Positions 48,577 through 58,256 of a stretch of 64,000 bases of DNA are shown here, in pieces; within the stretch, counting starts at the first letter, position 1, and every line of letters starts with the position of its first letter. The stretch lies in IMG/VR virus record IMGVR_UViG_3300025803_000010. One strand, given 5' to 3'. The position numbers were made by a program, and so were the translations under genes. The stretch is from an uncultured virus (IMG/VR IMGVR_UViG_3300025803_000010). Taxonomy: Duplodnaviria > Heunggongvirae > Uroviricota > Caudoviricetes. Below the pieces are notes generated by a model that worked only from the letters and a program-made list of their open reading frames with translations, was not told the DNA's origin and made no database searches.

Positions 48577-49307
48577 AAAGCTGTTTTATAGTTATGTAGT
48601 AATTTCATTGGATATAAAAAGACACTTTTTTTGTTTTCTAGTGGTTTAATATTCATTTGCCAACTTTCTTTTTTAAAAGGAATGATTTGAACATAAGGTG
48701 TGCCTTTCTTCATTAAAAATTGTTTATACTTAGTTTTAATCTTTTCTGCATCAACAATTGTAGGAAAATTAACTTCTAGTGTAAATTTATCAGTATCTAC
48801 AATCCCAGGAATAATACTCCATGGTTCATGATAGTTATTCATAGGTGGTAAAAATAAACAACTATATCCTGGTGGTGTTTTTATTCTCCAAGGACTAATT
48901 ATTTTGTGAAAAGGTCTGCCATTATTTTTAGCAACCATAGGTGAATCACCTAATTGAAATACTGGATGAGTAGATTCATGATCCCCATGATTTAAATTTG
49001 TACCCTCTTTAGGGCCTATCTCAGTTTGTAAAGAGTATCTTACGTGCATTAATGGATTACCATCATCATCAAAATGATCTAGACCTATAGCTATATCTTG
49101 TGGAAGTTTTAATAAATACCCTGATGACAAAGTATCAAGAAAAGGCATACAACCTTTTACAGTTAACTTCTCCATCTTATGTTCTAAGTCTTTATACCAT
49201 TTAGGTATATTAACTTTTATAGGAACAGGTTTTTCAATGTCGGGTGTCGCTAAATATTCTGGAGAAGCAGAAAATTCAATGATATTAGCCATAAGGCTAA
49301 ATATCAA
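48552..49307 (-). CDS. Conserved phage hypothetical protein
   Basis: PKWYK, KGCMPFLD, PW.IKTPPGYS, GIVDTD, GTPYVQIIPF. Confidence 0.7.
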   Translation of the reverse strand: MIFSLMANIIEFSASPEYLATPDIEKPVPIKVNIPKWYKDLEHKMEKLTVKGCMPFLDTLSSGYLLKLPQDIAIGLDHFDDDGNPLMHVRYSLQTEIGPKEGTNLNHGDHESTHPVFQLGDSPMVAKNNGRPFHKIISPWRIKTPPGYSCLFLPPMNNYHEPWSIIPGIVDTDKFTLEVNFPTIVDAEKIKTKYKQFLMKKGTPYVQIIPFKKESWQMNIKPLENKKSVFLYPMKLLHNYKTAFWRKITWK

Positions 49308-49310
49308 TTA

Positions 49311-49775
49311 TTAAGGACATTGTAAAGGACTGAATGAAGTAGTACCTGTAGATTCCATATAGCTACATACATTATGTGCTAATGGGAAACTAATACCAGA
49401 AGTATCTAAAGCTTTAAGAGCATCAACATAAGTTGATATTTCTGCTGCCATAGCATTATCAGGATTGAGTGCTAAGAAATGTTCAAAAATTTTAATCTCT
49501 GCAGCAACTGCTCCATCAAAATCTGATTTGTTAAGAAAGTGATGTGTTTTAATTCCATCTTCAGGAGCTTCTCTATCTTCTGAAACAACCCAAGCATTTT
49601 CAATGTAATGTTTGTTTCCATGTCTTACATCATTTGCCTCAGCTGTAGAAATTTCCATTTTAGTGTATTGTCCTTCAGTATATAATTCTTCTTGAAGGTT
49701 TTGTGCATTTACGTGTGCTTCAGTCAAACAGACTTTATGCATAGTTCCGTTATCTCTTTTAATTAATGTTGCCAT
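49311..49775 (-). CDS. Tail-fibre-associated hypothetical protein (possible chaperone)
   Basis: Directly downstream of the tail fibre gene. Confidence 0.5.
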   Translation of the reverse strand: MATLIKRDNGTMHKVCLTEAHVNAQNLQEELYTEGQYTKMEISTAEANDVRHGNKHYIENAWVVSEDREAPEDGIKTHHFLNKSDFDGAVAAEIKIFEHFLALNPDNAMAAEISTYVDALKALDTSGISFPLAHNVCSYMESTGTTSFSPLQCP

Positions 49776-49776
49776 A

Positions 49777-51027
49777 TTACGTACCTAAATCCTCATAAAC
49801 TATTATTCCGCCTGGTCTTCCTTGTGAACCCGGTGCTGTTCCGTTAGGGCCACCTGAACCGATGTTGTTTGAACCAGTAATAATAAGTCTTATATTATCC
49901 GCAAAACCTGTGTTTCCTCCGTAGTCATAAGAAACATTTGCAATGTTTGATGGAGCAGTTGTAATACTTCCGACAGTACCAGGAGCTCCTCTAAATCCAT
50001 TAGAGTTTCTTCCAGTTTGTCCTTCACCTCCACCATTAGCTCTACCAATGTTTGAAAGATTTGTTGTTCCTCCACCAGGGCCAGGAATAGAGTAAGGGAC
50101 TGTTAATGGACTTCCTGAGGGTGCAGCAAAATAACCGAAGCCACCTTTTCCACCAGTTCCTCCAGTTGAGTTAAATCCAGGTTGGTTGTTACCACCATTT
50201 CCTCCGCCACCAACAATGTAAGACCCAACAAAATTAGCGTTAGTTGATTTTGTAAAAGTTCCAGAAGATGGGCCAACAAATGATTGAGTAAGTATCATAT
50301 CTGGAACTGCAGAAGCTCCTGCAGAAGCAGCAGTAAGTCTTCCTTGAGCATCAACTGTAATAGTTGCAGCTGTGTAAGTTCCTGCACTTACTGCAGTGTT
50401 AACAAGTTGGTCAGCACCAACAGCATCATCTGCAATTTTTGCTTGAGTTACTGCATCATCCGCAATTTTAGCAGTAGTTACATTTGCATCTAAAATGCCT
50501 GCCGTTACAACTGCGTTGTTTGAAATTTGTGCAGCTTGAATCGCATCGTCTGCAATCTTAGCGTTTGTAATTGCATCGTCATCAATTTGAGCAGTACCAA
50601 TTGTACCACCAATTGTATTAAGTGCAATTTCGTTTAAGTTAGTTCCGTCTGTGTAAGCAGCTATAATTTTTGCTTCGCCTACAGTAAAGCCAGTTCCACT
50701 AACAGTTTTGATAGTTAAGTTTGTTACACCTGTAACAGCAGAACAATCAAATATATAAAATTTTTCTATTGAGTCTGGAATATGTACAGCAGAAGCTCCA
50801 GTTAAAGTACCAGTAAATTTAATTACCATGTTTCTTGCATTTGATAATGCAGCATCAGACATAACTAGTGTTACTGTTCCACCATCAGCTAATGCTACTG
50901 CTTCATAACCAGCGACTGCTTGTTGAATTAAGTTTAAGTTTGTATTAGTTTTATCTCCCCATGTACCAGCGTTTTCACCAGTGGTCATTAACTCCAGTGC
51001 AAGGTCAGATGAATAATTAGATGCCAT
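49777..51027 (-). CDS. Tail fibre protein
   Basis: GENAGTWG..TN.N N-terminus, 10-aa AKIADDA-type repeats, ITVDAQGRLTAA, Gly-rich C-terminus. Confidence 0.8.
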   Translation of the reverse strand: MASNYSSDLALELMTTGENAGTWGDKTNTNLNLIQQAVAGYEAVALADGGTVTLVMSDAALSNARNMVIKFTGTLTGASAVHIPDSIEKFYIFDCSAVTGVTNLTIKTVSGTGFTVGEAKIIAAYTDGTNLNEIALNTIGGTIGTAQIDDDAITNAKIADDAIQAAQISNNAVVTAGILDANVTTAKIADDAVTQAKIADDAVGADQLVNTAVSAGTYTAATITVDAQGRLTAASAGASAVPDMILTQSFVGPSSGTFTKSTNANFVGSYIVGGGGNGGNNQPGFNSTGGTGGKGGFGYFAAPSGSPLTVPYSIPGPGGGTTNLSNIGRANGGGEGQTGRNSNGFRGAPGTVGSITTAPSNIANVSYDYGGNTGFADNIRLIITGSNNIGSGGPNGTAPGSQGRPGGIIVYEDLGT

Positions 51028-51066
51028 AAATTTTTTTCTCCTAATTTAAGTATAATTTTACTATTG

Positions 51067-52284
51067 CTAAGCGGCTAAGTCAACAGGCTCCCAAACATTG
51101 TTTACACCTGGATTTATTTCAGCCCACGCAGTTATATTAGGTGCACCTACTGAAGAAGTCAATGATATGCCAGTTAATGAAACATCAGCATTTGCTGCAA
51201 TTGTTACAGAACCTGCAGCTGATGTTAAGGCCTGACCCGTCACACCTATAACTTGTCCTGGAATTTCTTCTTCGTCCCCTAGTTCCAAAGTTGCTGCAAT
51301 ACCTGTTACAGGCTCTACGGTTGATTGTATTAAATTAATAGAACCTAAGCTTGAAGATAGTGATATTCCTGTTACATCAACAGGCGTGTTTTGAAATGCT
51401 TCTACGTCTCCAGTAGTGCTTGTTAATTGTTGTCCGGTAGCTGTTTCATTAGTGCTTTGTTCTAAACTAAAGTTACCTAATGATAAATCTAATTGGTCTT
51501 CTGTTGCAAATACAAATATATCTTGGTCAATTTGTATTGAGAAGTTACCAGCTAAAGTCATAGACATTTCTTGTCCAGTGACAGATACAGTAACATCTGT
51601 AAACGCTGTCTCTTCACCAATTGAAGATGATAATTCTTGTCCAGTTAATACTACTGAATATGCTTCACCCCAAGCAAGGTTACCCCAAGCTCTTCTACCC
51701 CAACCAATTCCAGTTAGTAAGCTTTCATCAATAGTTACTCCTCCAGGAGTTGTTTGAAGTTGTGATCCAGTTACGTTTACACCTATTCCAATTGTCTCTT
51801 CTCCCATTGAGGTAGATAAAGATAACCCAGTAGCATCAAAAGTAAATGATACTCCGTATATACCTTGGCCAATAGATGATGTTAAGCTAACAGATCCTAC
51901 TTCAATATTACAATCACCTCTAGGTGTTGGTGAACCTGTTGTTGGTGTTAATGATTGTCCAGTTACATCTTGATAAACACCTGATAATTCTCCCCAAGCA
52001 TTTTCTCCCCAAGTGTCTCCACCCCAACCTACGTTGATTTCGTTATCGACAACGACTGCTGTAATTTGTGTTTGTAATTGTTGCCCTTGAGCTAATACAT
52101 CTCCAGCAATACCCCAAGAACCTTCGCTCCAAGCTGCTCTACCATAACCTGAATTAACTTCAGTGTCAGGTACTACATTTGTGATTGTCGTGGAGGCACT
52201 TAGACCAGTAACAGTAACACCGGCATCACCTTGTGCTGCCCAGCTACCTTGTCCCCAATCAAGTGCACCCCATGTTTTCGACAT
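51067..52284 (-). CDS. Tail/virion structural protein with WG repeats
   Basis: Four W/YG-x3-W-x4-W units and recurrent VTG repeats. Confidence 0.7.
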   Translation of the reverse strand: MSKTWGALDWGQGSWAAQGDAGVTVTGLSASTTITNVVPDTEVNSGYGRAAWSEGSWGIAGDVLAQGQQLQTQITAVVVDNEINVGWGGDTWGENAWGELSGVYQDVTGQSLTPTTGSPTPRGDCNIEVGSVSLTSSIGQGIYGVSFTFDATGLSLSTSMGEETIGIGVNVTGSQLQTTPGGVTIDESLLTGIGWGRRAWGNLAWGEAYSVVLTGQELSSSIGEETAFTDVTVSVTGQEMSMTLAGNFSIQIDQDIFVFATEDQLDLSLGNFSLEQSTNETATGQQLTSTTGDVEAFQNTPVDVTGISLSSSLGSINLIQSTVEPVTGIAATLELGDEEEIPGQVIGVTGQALTSAAGSVTIAANADVSLTGISLTSSVGAPNITAWAEINPGVNNVWEPVDLAA

Positions 52285-52300
52285 TCATACCTTTTACTTC

Positions 52301-52735
52301 TTATGCAATCCTTAATATTGCAGCAGAGGTTGTAAACGCAGGAAATTGAATAGTGAAAGTTCCGCTAGTTGCAGTCTTATCACCACCAAAATCCAATACA
52401 GCCACCGCACTATTAGAGTTAGATGTATTATAAATTAGTGAACCTCTCGCAGTTAATGTAACGTTTGTAAACGATAGGTCTGCAAAGTCAGTTATAGCTG
52501 TGTTTGAAGCTAATGATGTTCCTGTGTTAACAAGAGCACCTCCACCTGAAGTGTATCCAGCAGGTGACGTAACTTCGTTACCAGTTGTAAATGAAGTTGT
52601 AGATTTACCTAAAGTTGCTGAGCTAGTGTACATAGATAATTTAAATTTATCACCAGTAGTCTGAGTGAAGTCATGTTTTGCTTCTAATAATTCTTTTTTA
52701 AAAGAATTACAGATTGCGTTAGTTGTTATTGCCAT
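52301..52735 (-). CDS. Virion structural protein
   Basis: SFKKELL..H.F, GYTSGG..L, VLDFGGDKT. Confidence 0.7.
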   Translation of the reverse strand: MAITTNAICNSFKKELLEAKHDFTQTTGDKFKLSMYTSSATLGKSTTSFTTGNEVTSPAGYTSGGGALVNTGTSLASNTAITDFADLSFTNVTLTARGSLIYNTSNSNSAVAVLDFGGDKTATSGTFTIQFPAFTTSAAILRIA

Positions 52736-52756
52736 AGTAGGCCTCCTTCTAAATTA

Positions 52757-53410
52757 TTAATTTGGCGATGGTGAAGGAACCTTAATTCTTGGCACTCCAT
52801 CATCGTATTCTGCACGTCTTCTTCTCCCCATTTGTTGAAGAGCAAAATTTTGTACTTCTTCATCATACTTCTTTTGATAGAGGTTGTATAGATCCATAGG
52901 CCCTTTTAAGAACCGGTATGCTTCAGCTAGTGTCCCATGTAATAACATAGACTCCTGATACTTAGAAATAAAAGTTTCGGTAGATGAAGTAAATTGAGGT
53001 GGATCCTGTATGTAGTTTATTTGTACACTATAATTAGAATCAGGGATTGGAGCTACTATAAAATTGAAGTCATCCCAATTAGCATAATATTTAGGTAGTC
53101 CTGTAGCTGCGTTGTTATTATATTCAGATATAAAACTTGTATCTCTTTTTTCTAAAAATGTTCTAGTAGAACCGCTAATTACTTGAACAGATCTAATAAT
53201 TGTTAAATCAGATGGAAGACTTACATATCTGTTTGAAGCAGTAAACGTAGAGTTTGAGTATTTTCTTAAATCATCATAATCAACCTTACCTGCAATATCT
53301 AATTCCACAGATCTTATAAAATCTTGAATAATAGCATCAGTCAAAACATTACTATCTACTTCTGTGTAGTTTCTAATTTGTGTTAAAAAATTTGCGTATG
53401 TTACTGCCAT
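52757..53410 (-). CDS. Head-tail adaptor / tail tubular protein
   Basis: PKYYA, APIPD, LLHG.L.EA motifs. Confidence 0.7.
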   Translation of the reverse strand: MAVTYANFLTQIRNYTEVDSNVLTDAIIQDFIRSVELDIAGKVDYDDLRKYSNSTFTASNRYVSLPSDLTIIRSVQVISGSTRTFLEKRDTSFISEYNNNAATGLPKYYANWDDFNFIVAPIPDSNYSVQINYIQDPPQFTSSTETFISKYQESMLLHGTLAEAYRFLKGPMDLYNLYQKKYDEEVQNFALQQMGRRRRAEYDDGVPRIKVPSPSPN

Positions 53411-53859
53411 TATGTTACCACTGTTACTGCACCCAATTGTGCGTTTAATTGTCTTCTTCTATTTTGTAAAGCAGGATCTTCTGGAATCATAGAATGAAGT
53501 ATAGAAGTTACTCCATTTCTTGTAATTTCAAAATCTTGTGTTTTGAATGCGAAGTCTCCAGGTAATTCTAAATTAGCAACACCAACCATTGTTCCACCAG
53601 AGTTAGTTATAGTCACATCACTTGTAGGATTATTTATAAATGGTTGTATAGGTTGTTGAAACTTTTGTACTCTTGCATTCTGTAAAGCTATTGCATCAGA
53701 TACTTGTCTTCGTCTTCTAATCTGTGGATGTTTTGGTTCATATTCAGATGTATGCACTAATGAACCATTCCATTCTTTTACCATTTCATTATATGGAAAA
53801 GCTTGTCCTGATCTATCAGATATAGCTAATGATCTTTTTCCAGTTGCAAACTTACCCAT
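53410..53859 (-). CDS. Conserved phage protein
   Basis: AISDRSG..FPY...EWNG..V...EYEPKHPQ. Confidence 0.7.
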   Translation of the reverse strand: MGKFATGKRSLAISDRSGQAFPYNEMVKEWNGSLVHTSEYEPKHPQIRRRRQVSDAIALQNARVQKFQQPIQPFINNPTSDVTITNSGGTMVGVANLELPGDFAFKTQDFEITRNGVTSILHSMIPEDPALQNRRRQLNAQLGAVTVVT

Positions 53860-54554
53860 TATACACCATCTCCAAAATATGTCTGAGGTGATATAAACGT
53901 AGAAGCTCTTTGACCATCTTCATCTAAAGCTCTTTTTAGTTCATCCTCATAAATTAATTTATTTTGTTGAACAAGTTGAGGAGCTTTTTTCATAGACGTG
54001 TAGTAAGCCATACCTGCAGCTAAACAAGGTAAAAATCTATAAACTACATCGGGGTCATTAGTATATGCTCCAGCGTCTTCAATTCTTTTTATCACATAGT
54101 ATTTTAAAGTTGTATAAGTATTTAAATCAGGTGCTTGGTATAAATAAATTTTAGGTGTTGTTTCTCTTGCAACATAATATTGTGATGGTTGTCCTACAGA
54201 TAACTTATTTGGTAAAGCAGCATATGTAGATCTGTCAATTTTTGATAAAGATATATCTTGAGTACTTGCACTATCACCTGATGCAGCTGTAGAAGAAACA
54301 AAAGCTTCTAGTACATCACTTACACTAGAGCTTACAGCATACTCAGCTTGTCCTGAAACTAAAGCTGCTTCATGCAAAGCTACTTTCCATAGATGTATTC
54401 CTCTATTACCCCATTCAGATAAAAGAAGATTTAAGCTTCTTCTTGCTGAACGCATATCATAACCAGAGTTAGTAGATAAACCACATCTCTCATAACCCTC
54501 ATCAATAATTTCATCTATGCTTAAATTAAAAGCAACTGTTCCAGATGTAGCCAT
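53859..54554 (-). CDS. Head-to-tail adaptor-like protein
   Basis: ARRSLNLL..EWGNRG..LW; RFLPCL..G.AYY. Confidence 0.7.
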   Translation of the reverse strand: MATSGTVAFNLSIDEIIDEGYERCGLSTNSGYDMRSARRSLNLLLSEWGNRGIHLWKVALHEAALVSGQAEYAVSSSVSDVLEAFVSSTAASGDSASTQDISLSKIDRSTYAALPNKLSVGQPSQYYVARETTPKIYLYQAPDLNTYTTLKYYVIKRIEDAGAYTNDPDVVYRFLPCLAAGMAYYTSMKKAPQLVQQNKLIYEDELKRALDEDGQRASTFISPQTYFGDGV

Positions 54555-54739
54555 TATTTGTTCTCCTTATTAGCGGCCGCTTTGAGAGTGTATGACTTCT
54601 CCTTTTTGCGGTTGTACAACTTCTTAGATTGTAGCACTTTTTGACTAAACTTTGAAGACCTTAGGCTTTTTGCGATATAATTTGGAGATGACACGTCTTT
54701 TCTTCTTTTTTTCATCTCTCGCTCCTCTAAGCTTTCCAT
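54554..54739 (-). CDS. Small basic hypothetical protein
   Basis: N.IAK.L...KF...V.QSKKLYNRK; start uncertain. Confidence 0.55.
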   Translation of the reverse strand: MESLEEREMKKRRKDVSSPNYIAKSLRSSKFSQKVLQSKKLYNRKKEKSYTLKAAANKENK

Positions 54740-54776
54740 CTATTTGTTTTGGTATTGCAGTTCTTCCTATTGGCAT
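54645..54776 (-). CDS. Small basic protein (43 aa), missing from the ORF track
   Basis: MPIGRTAIPKQIDGKLRGARDEKKKKR... Confidence 0.45.
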   Translation of the reverse strand: MPIGRTAIPKQIDGKLRGARDEKKKKRRVISKLYRKKPKVFKV

Positions 54777-55498
54777 AAGGTATTATAGAATACTTCACAG
54801 AGATTATCAACATTGATGATCTTATCAAATTTATAATGTACTGAGTCTTTATAGCCAAACTTGTATTTATAAACATCATCTACATACAAATGTATGCCTT
54901 TTTTAATATACTCTTTATTATGTAAAAGATGATAATAACCAGAGTTAATAGACACATACCCTGACATCTTGCTGCAAATTTCAGGTAAATGGTCAGCAGG
55001 CAGACGTTCAAATTGTTTAGTTGTAACAAAGTTAAATTGAGGAAATCTTTTTATTAATTCTTGTTCTACCTCTTTAGCATTCCATACACTCTTATGTTTT
55101 TGACCTGTTTCTAAAGCTAGTAGTATTGTCTTATCAAATTTATACCTATTATGTCTTATTTCAAAGTTAGGATAATGCTCAGGCTTTACTCCAAGTTTTT
55201 CACAATATTGTTCAACAATATTTGTTTTATCTTTAAAATCTTTCTTTGAATAAAGATGTATTATCTTTTCATATTCAAAATCAGTTTTAGCACCATAATC
55301 TAATGCAGCTAAATGTTCTAAACCAAATGATTGATTTATGTAAGTTTGTTGTGCATACAGATCAGGATATTGTGAAAACAGCACAATTTTATGAGCTTGA
55401 AAATTGTTATTGTAATAAGACCTAAGTGCAGCTGAAGCACAGAAATGATCTCCTAAACCTTTGTCAAAGATATCAGAAATAACAATTATATCTCTCAC
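54767..55498 (-). CDS. Possible glycosyltransferase (GT9-like)
   Basis: GLGD near the N-terminus and INSG..HL near the C-terminus. Confidence 0.5.
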   Translation of the reverse strand: MRDIIVISDIFDKGLGDHFCASAALRSYYNNNFQAHKIVLFSQYPDLYAQQTYINQSFGLEHLAALDYGAKTDFEYEKIIHLYSKKDFKDKTNIVEQYCEKLGVKPEHYPNFEIRHNRYKFDKTILLALETGQKHKSVWNAKEVEQELIKRFPQFNFVTTKQFERLPADHLPEICSKMSGYVSINSGYYHLLHNKEYIKKGIHLYVDDVYKYKFGYKDSVHYKFDKIINVDNLCEVFYNTLCQ

Positions 55499-55971
55499 AC
55501 AAGTTCTTTGGCTGATCCTAATATTGGTTTATATTTAGTTCTTCCCTCTGATTTATACGCATGTAAAAAACTAGCTCTTGGTGTTCCTTCAATCCAACTG
55601 CAATGTATCCATCCGCTGTTAGGTTCTCCAGGCGTATAGTATTCGAGGATCAGTTGATCTGGCTCAAGGTTATTTTTAATCCAATCAAAAAGTTCAGCGT
55701 TGTCGACTCCAACACATTCGAAGTCTGCGGCTTCAGCTTTGGCATGCTGCGAATTTGCAGAGCTGCCAATAGCCATACATAAATCCACGCTTCGAAATCC
55801 ACTGGTTACCTTAACTCTGCCGAAGTGATCACGTACTGGCTGTAAAATATTTTCACACAAACCTTTTAATTTTTCTATTTGTTCTGCGTTAGGATTATTA
55901 TTAATTCCCTTCCTAATTGCAGTATCTGATTTAGTTAACTCTGAAAGAGTAAAATTACGGCTTAAGTTCAT
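55495..55971 (-). CDS. Peptidase M15A endolysin
   Basis: SGFR, SQH...AAD, WIH motifs. Confidence 0.9.
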   Translation of the reverse strand: MNLSRNFTLSELTKSDTAIRKGINNNPNAEQIEKLKGLCENILQPVRDHFGRVKVTSGFRSVDLCMAIGSSANSQHAKAEAADFECVGVDNAELFDWIKNNLEPDQLILEYYTPGEPNSGWIHCSWIEGTPRASFLHAYKSEGRTKYKPILGSAKELV

Positions 55972-56476
55972 AGTTTTCCTTTAGTTCTAATACAATATTT
56001 AAATTAAATCTGAATTTGTTGTAAATTGGTGGACTTCCACAATGCAAGATATTGCTATTAAAGATTTTAGCTTGTCTTGGTTTATCATAATGTTTCTCGT
56101 CATTTATAATTGTATAACCATCGTCATCGATGCTATACACAATTGACAAAAAGTTATCATCATTCTCATCAACATGTAAAGACCCTACTGCTGATTTAGT
56201 ATATAAATTGTAATAATATCTTACAACATCTGCATTTATATTTAATTTTTTTTTAATTCTTGCAGCAATTGTATCTGCTATTTCAGTTAATTCTTTATTT
56301 TCTTTTGAAGTGTTTATGTTTTGTTTTGATTGTGGAATGCAGCAAAAACCATTATCAACAGTATAACCGTTTTTAGCATTATCTATAGATATACGCCAAT
56401 CGGAACATATCAATAGTAATTGTTTTAAATTTTCGTTTTCTTTTCTATCTAAAACTTCTTCGATTTTTTGAATCAT
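55955..56476 (-). CDS. 2OG-Fe(II) oxygenase-like protein
   Basis: HVD...SIVY...LHCG..P...RFNLN. Confidence 0.7.
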   Translation of the reverse strand: MIQKIEEVLDRKENENLKQLLLICSDWRISIDNAKNGYTVDNGFCCIPQSKQNINTSKENKELTEIADTIAARIKKKLNINADVVRYYYNLYTKSAVGSLHVDENDDNFLSIVYSIDDDGYTIINDEKHYDKPRQAKIFNSNILHCGSPPIYNKFRFNLNIVLELKENYELKP

Positions 56477-56689
56477 CTACTCCAGTATTAGCTTCTTTAT
56501 CGATAAACTTCCATCAATATTTTTTTCTAATTCTGCTTTTGATTTAATACATTGGTAAGAAACATTATTGTCTATTGCTCTTGAAGCTACTCTTTTACCT
56601 TTTAAACAATCACTCATAGAAACTTGTATTCTATGTTCTTTAATTTCATTATTTACTATCATTAGTAAAGCCACAACTGTTTCAATCAT
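56477..56689 (-). CDS. Small secreted-type protein
   Basis: Hydrophobic N-terminus, two Cys. Confidence 0.6.
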   Translation of the reverse strand: MIETVVALLMIVNNEIKEHRIQVSMSDCLKGKRVASRAIDNNVSYQCIKSKAELEKNIDGSLSIKKLILE

Positions 56690-56850
56690 AATACTTTACC
56701 TTTGTTTTGTCCTTGTTTAATGACATACTTTTGTGTACCATGTTTGCCAGTTTCAACTTCTTTTTTTAAATTTCTTATAAAGCTCATTTGTTTAGCTTTC
56801 TTTTCCATATCACTAATGTACTCAACTATTTTTCTAGTGACTCGTCCCAT
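56686..56850 (-). CDS. Small basic protein (54 aa), missing from the ORF track
   Basis: MGRVTRKIVEYI...GTQKYVIKQGQNKGKVL; ATGA overlap. Confidence 0.55.
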   Translation of the reverse strand: MGRVTRKIVEYISDMEKKAKQMSFIRNLKKEVETGKHGTQKYVIKQGQNKGKVL

Positions 56851-57211
56851 TTGCTCTAACCTTATCTTTTAAATCTTCAATATCACTTAATGCTTTTTCT
56901 AATTGATCTCTTAAAAATTCTATATTAACTTTATTAGTCATATTCATCTCTTGAGTTTCTTCCATTTTTTCTACAGATTTATATAAATCTTCTAATAAAA
57001 AATGTTGTTCTTGATCTACAGGTACTTGTTCAGATTTTTTAAGCAAATCATTTTCAAACAATTCTCTTGAAGTTTCTAACGATACTAACCTTGAAGTTAG
57101 TTCTGTATATGCAAATACACCCATAGCTACTAAAATAATTAAACTAGCAACTGTTTTCATTGGCATTTGCACAGCAGCCGATTCTGATATGTTAAGTGGT
57201 TTATTTGCCAT
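56834..57211 (-). CDS. Membrane-anchored coiled-coil protein (possible spanin-like)
   Basis: One N-terminal TM segment then coiled coil; near the endolysin. Confidence 0.5.
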   Translation of the reverse strand: MANKPLNISESAAVQMPMKTVASLIILVAMGVFAYTELTSRLVSLETSRELFENDLLKKSEQVPVDQEQHFLLEDLYKSVEKMEETQEMNMTNKVNIEFLRDQLEKALSDIEDLKDKVRANGTSH

Positions 57212-57453
57212 TTTTTTTCTTTTTTGGTTTAGATTCCATAGCTTTGGCTATTGCTGCACAAAGACGGTCTATTCCTCCGAAAAATTTATATAAAAATTTA
57301 TCAATCATCTATTTTAGGTTTTGGTAAAGGAATTATAATATCTTTTGAATCAAATTTCAATGAAGTGTGAGACGATGGTCTTACAAATAAAGCTAATAAA
57401 CACATCAATATAATTAGTATTGCAGTAAACCCATAGTTCATTTTGGGACTCCA

Positions 57454-57615
57454 TTAAGTTAACCAATTTTTTATCTTCTCCCAGAAAGCACTTATTTTAG
57501 TTATATTTTTACCGTTGTGATTGCATTTTTGACAATCGCAGCTAGGACAATTTCCAACTGTACCTTGACCAGGACAATGACATACGTGATTACAATTTAA
57601 ACACATTTTCCTCAT
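57454..57615 (-). CDS. Small Cys/His-rich protein (53 aa), missing from the ORF track
   Basis: MRKMCLNCNHVCHCPGQGTVGNCPSCDCQKCNH...; ATGA overlap with the upstream gene. Confidence 0.65.
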   Translation of the reverse strand: MRKMCLNCNHVCHCPGQGTVGNCPSCDCQKCNHNGKNITKISAFWEKIKNWLT

Positions 57616-58253
57616 TTTTTTTTCTCCATTTCGTAAAACATATTATCACTATCTTCAGTAACTAATCCAGAGTCCTCTGCATCCCAATACGTAGTTTGGA
57701 CTTTATAGTCTGGCCAGCTGTTATCAGTAGTATAACTATTAACGTGCCACAAAATGCGATTATTAGGCTGAGCTGCATAATTGCCGTTATCAAGAGCCAA
57801 TATGTGTGCACACTTATGTTCTTGAGGAATTTCAGAATGCTCGGTATCCAATATGTTAGTTTCTGGATGAGCCCAGTCAACTGTAAATAAATATTTTCCA
57901 TGTAAAAACTTTTTATCTAAACCTCTGTATTTACCGTTTAAACCAGCCAACCAATCAAAACAATGAACAGAAGGATAATAGCTAAAACAATTCCAAAGTT
58001 GAAGTTCACTAAGTCTTTGAGTGGGAACAGTTTCCGGTTGAAAACCACGTTGAATAAAAGCCGAAATTGGGATTCTCCAAAAGCACGCACCGTTGGGTAG
58101 CATGATATTAAATAATAACGCACGGCCTGATATCGATACCAAACCGAAGACAACGCAATCGTCAACTTCGCCTTGATGTTGTTTAAGATCATAAAGGTAC
58201 TCCTTTCTTACCTGACAATAAATTGGTGGTATGTTAGCATTTAAATAAGACAT
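57612..58253 (-). CDS. Conserved phage hypothetical protein
   Basis: YLNANIP, LQLWNCFS, YLFTVDW, EHKCAH, AAQPNNR. Confidence 0.75.
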   Translation of the reverse strand: MSYLNANIPPIYCQVRKEYLYDLKQHQGEVDDCVVFGLVSISGRALLFNIMLPNGACFWRIPISAFIQRGFQPETVPTQRLSELQLWNCFSYYPSVHCFDWLAGLNGKYRGLDKKFLHGKYLFTVDWAHPETNILDTEHSEIPQEHKCAHILALDNGNYAAQPNNRILWHVNSYTTDNSWPDYKVQTTYWDAEDSGLVTEDSDNMFYEMEKKK

Positions 58254-58256
58254 AGT

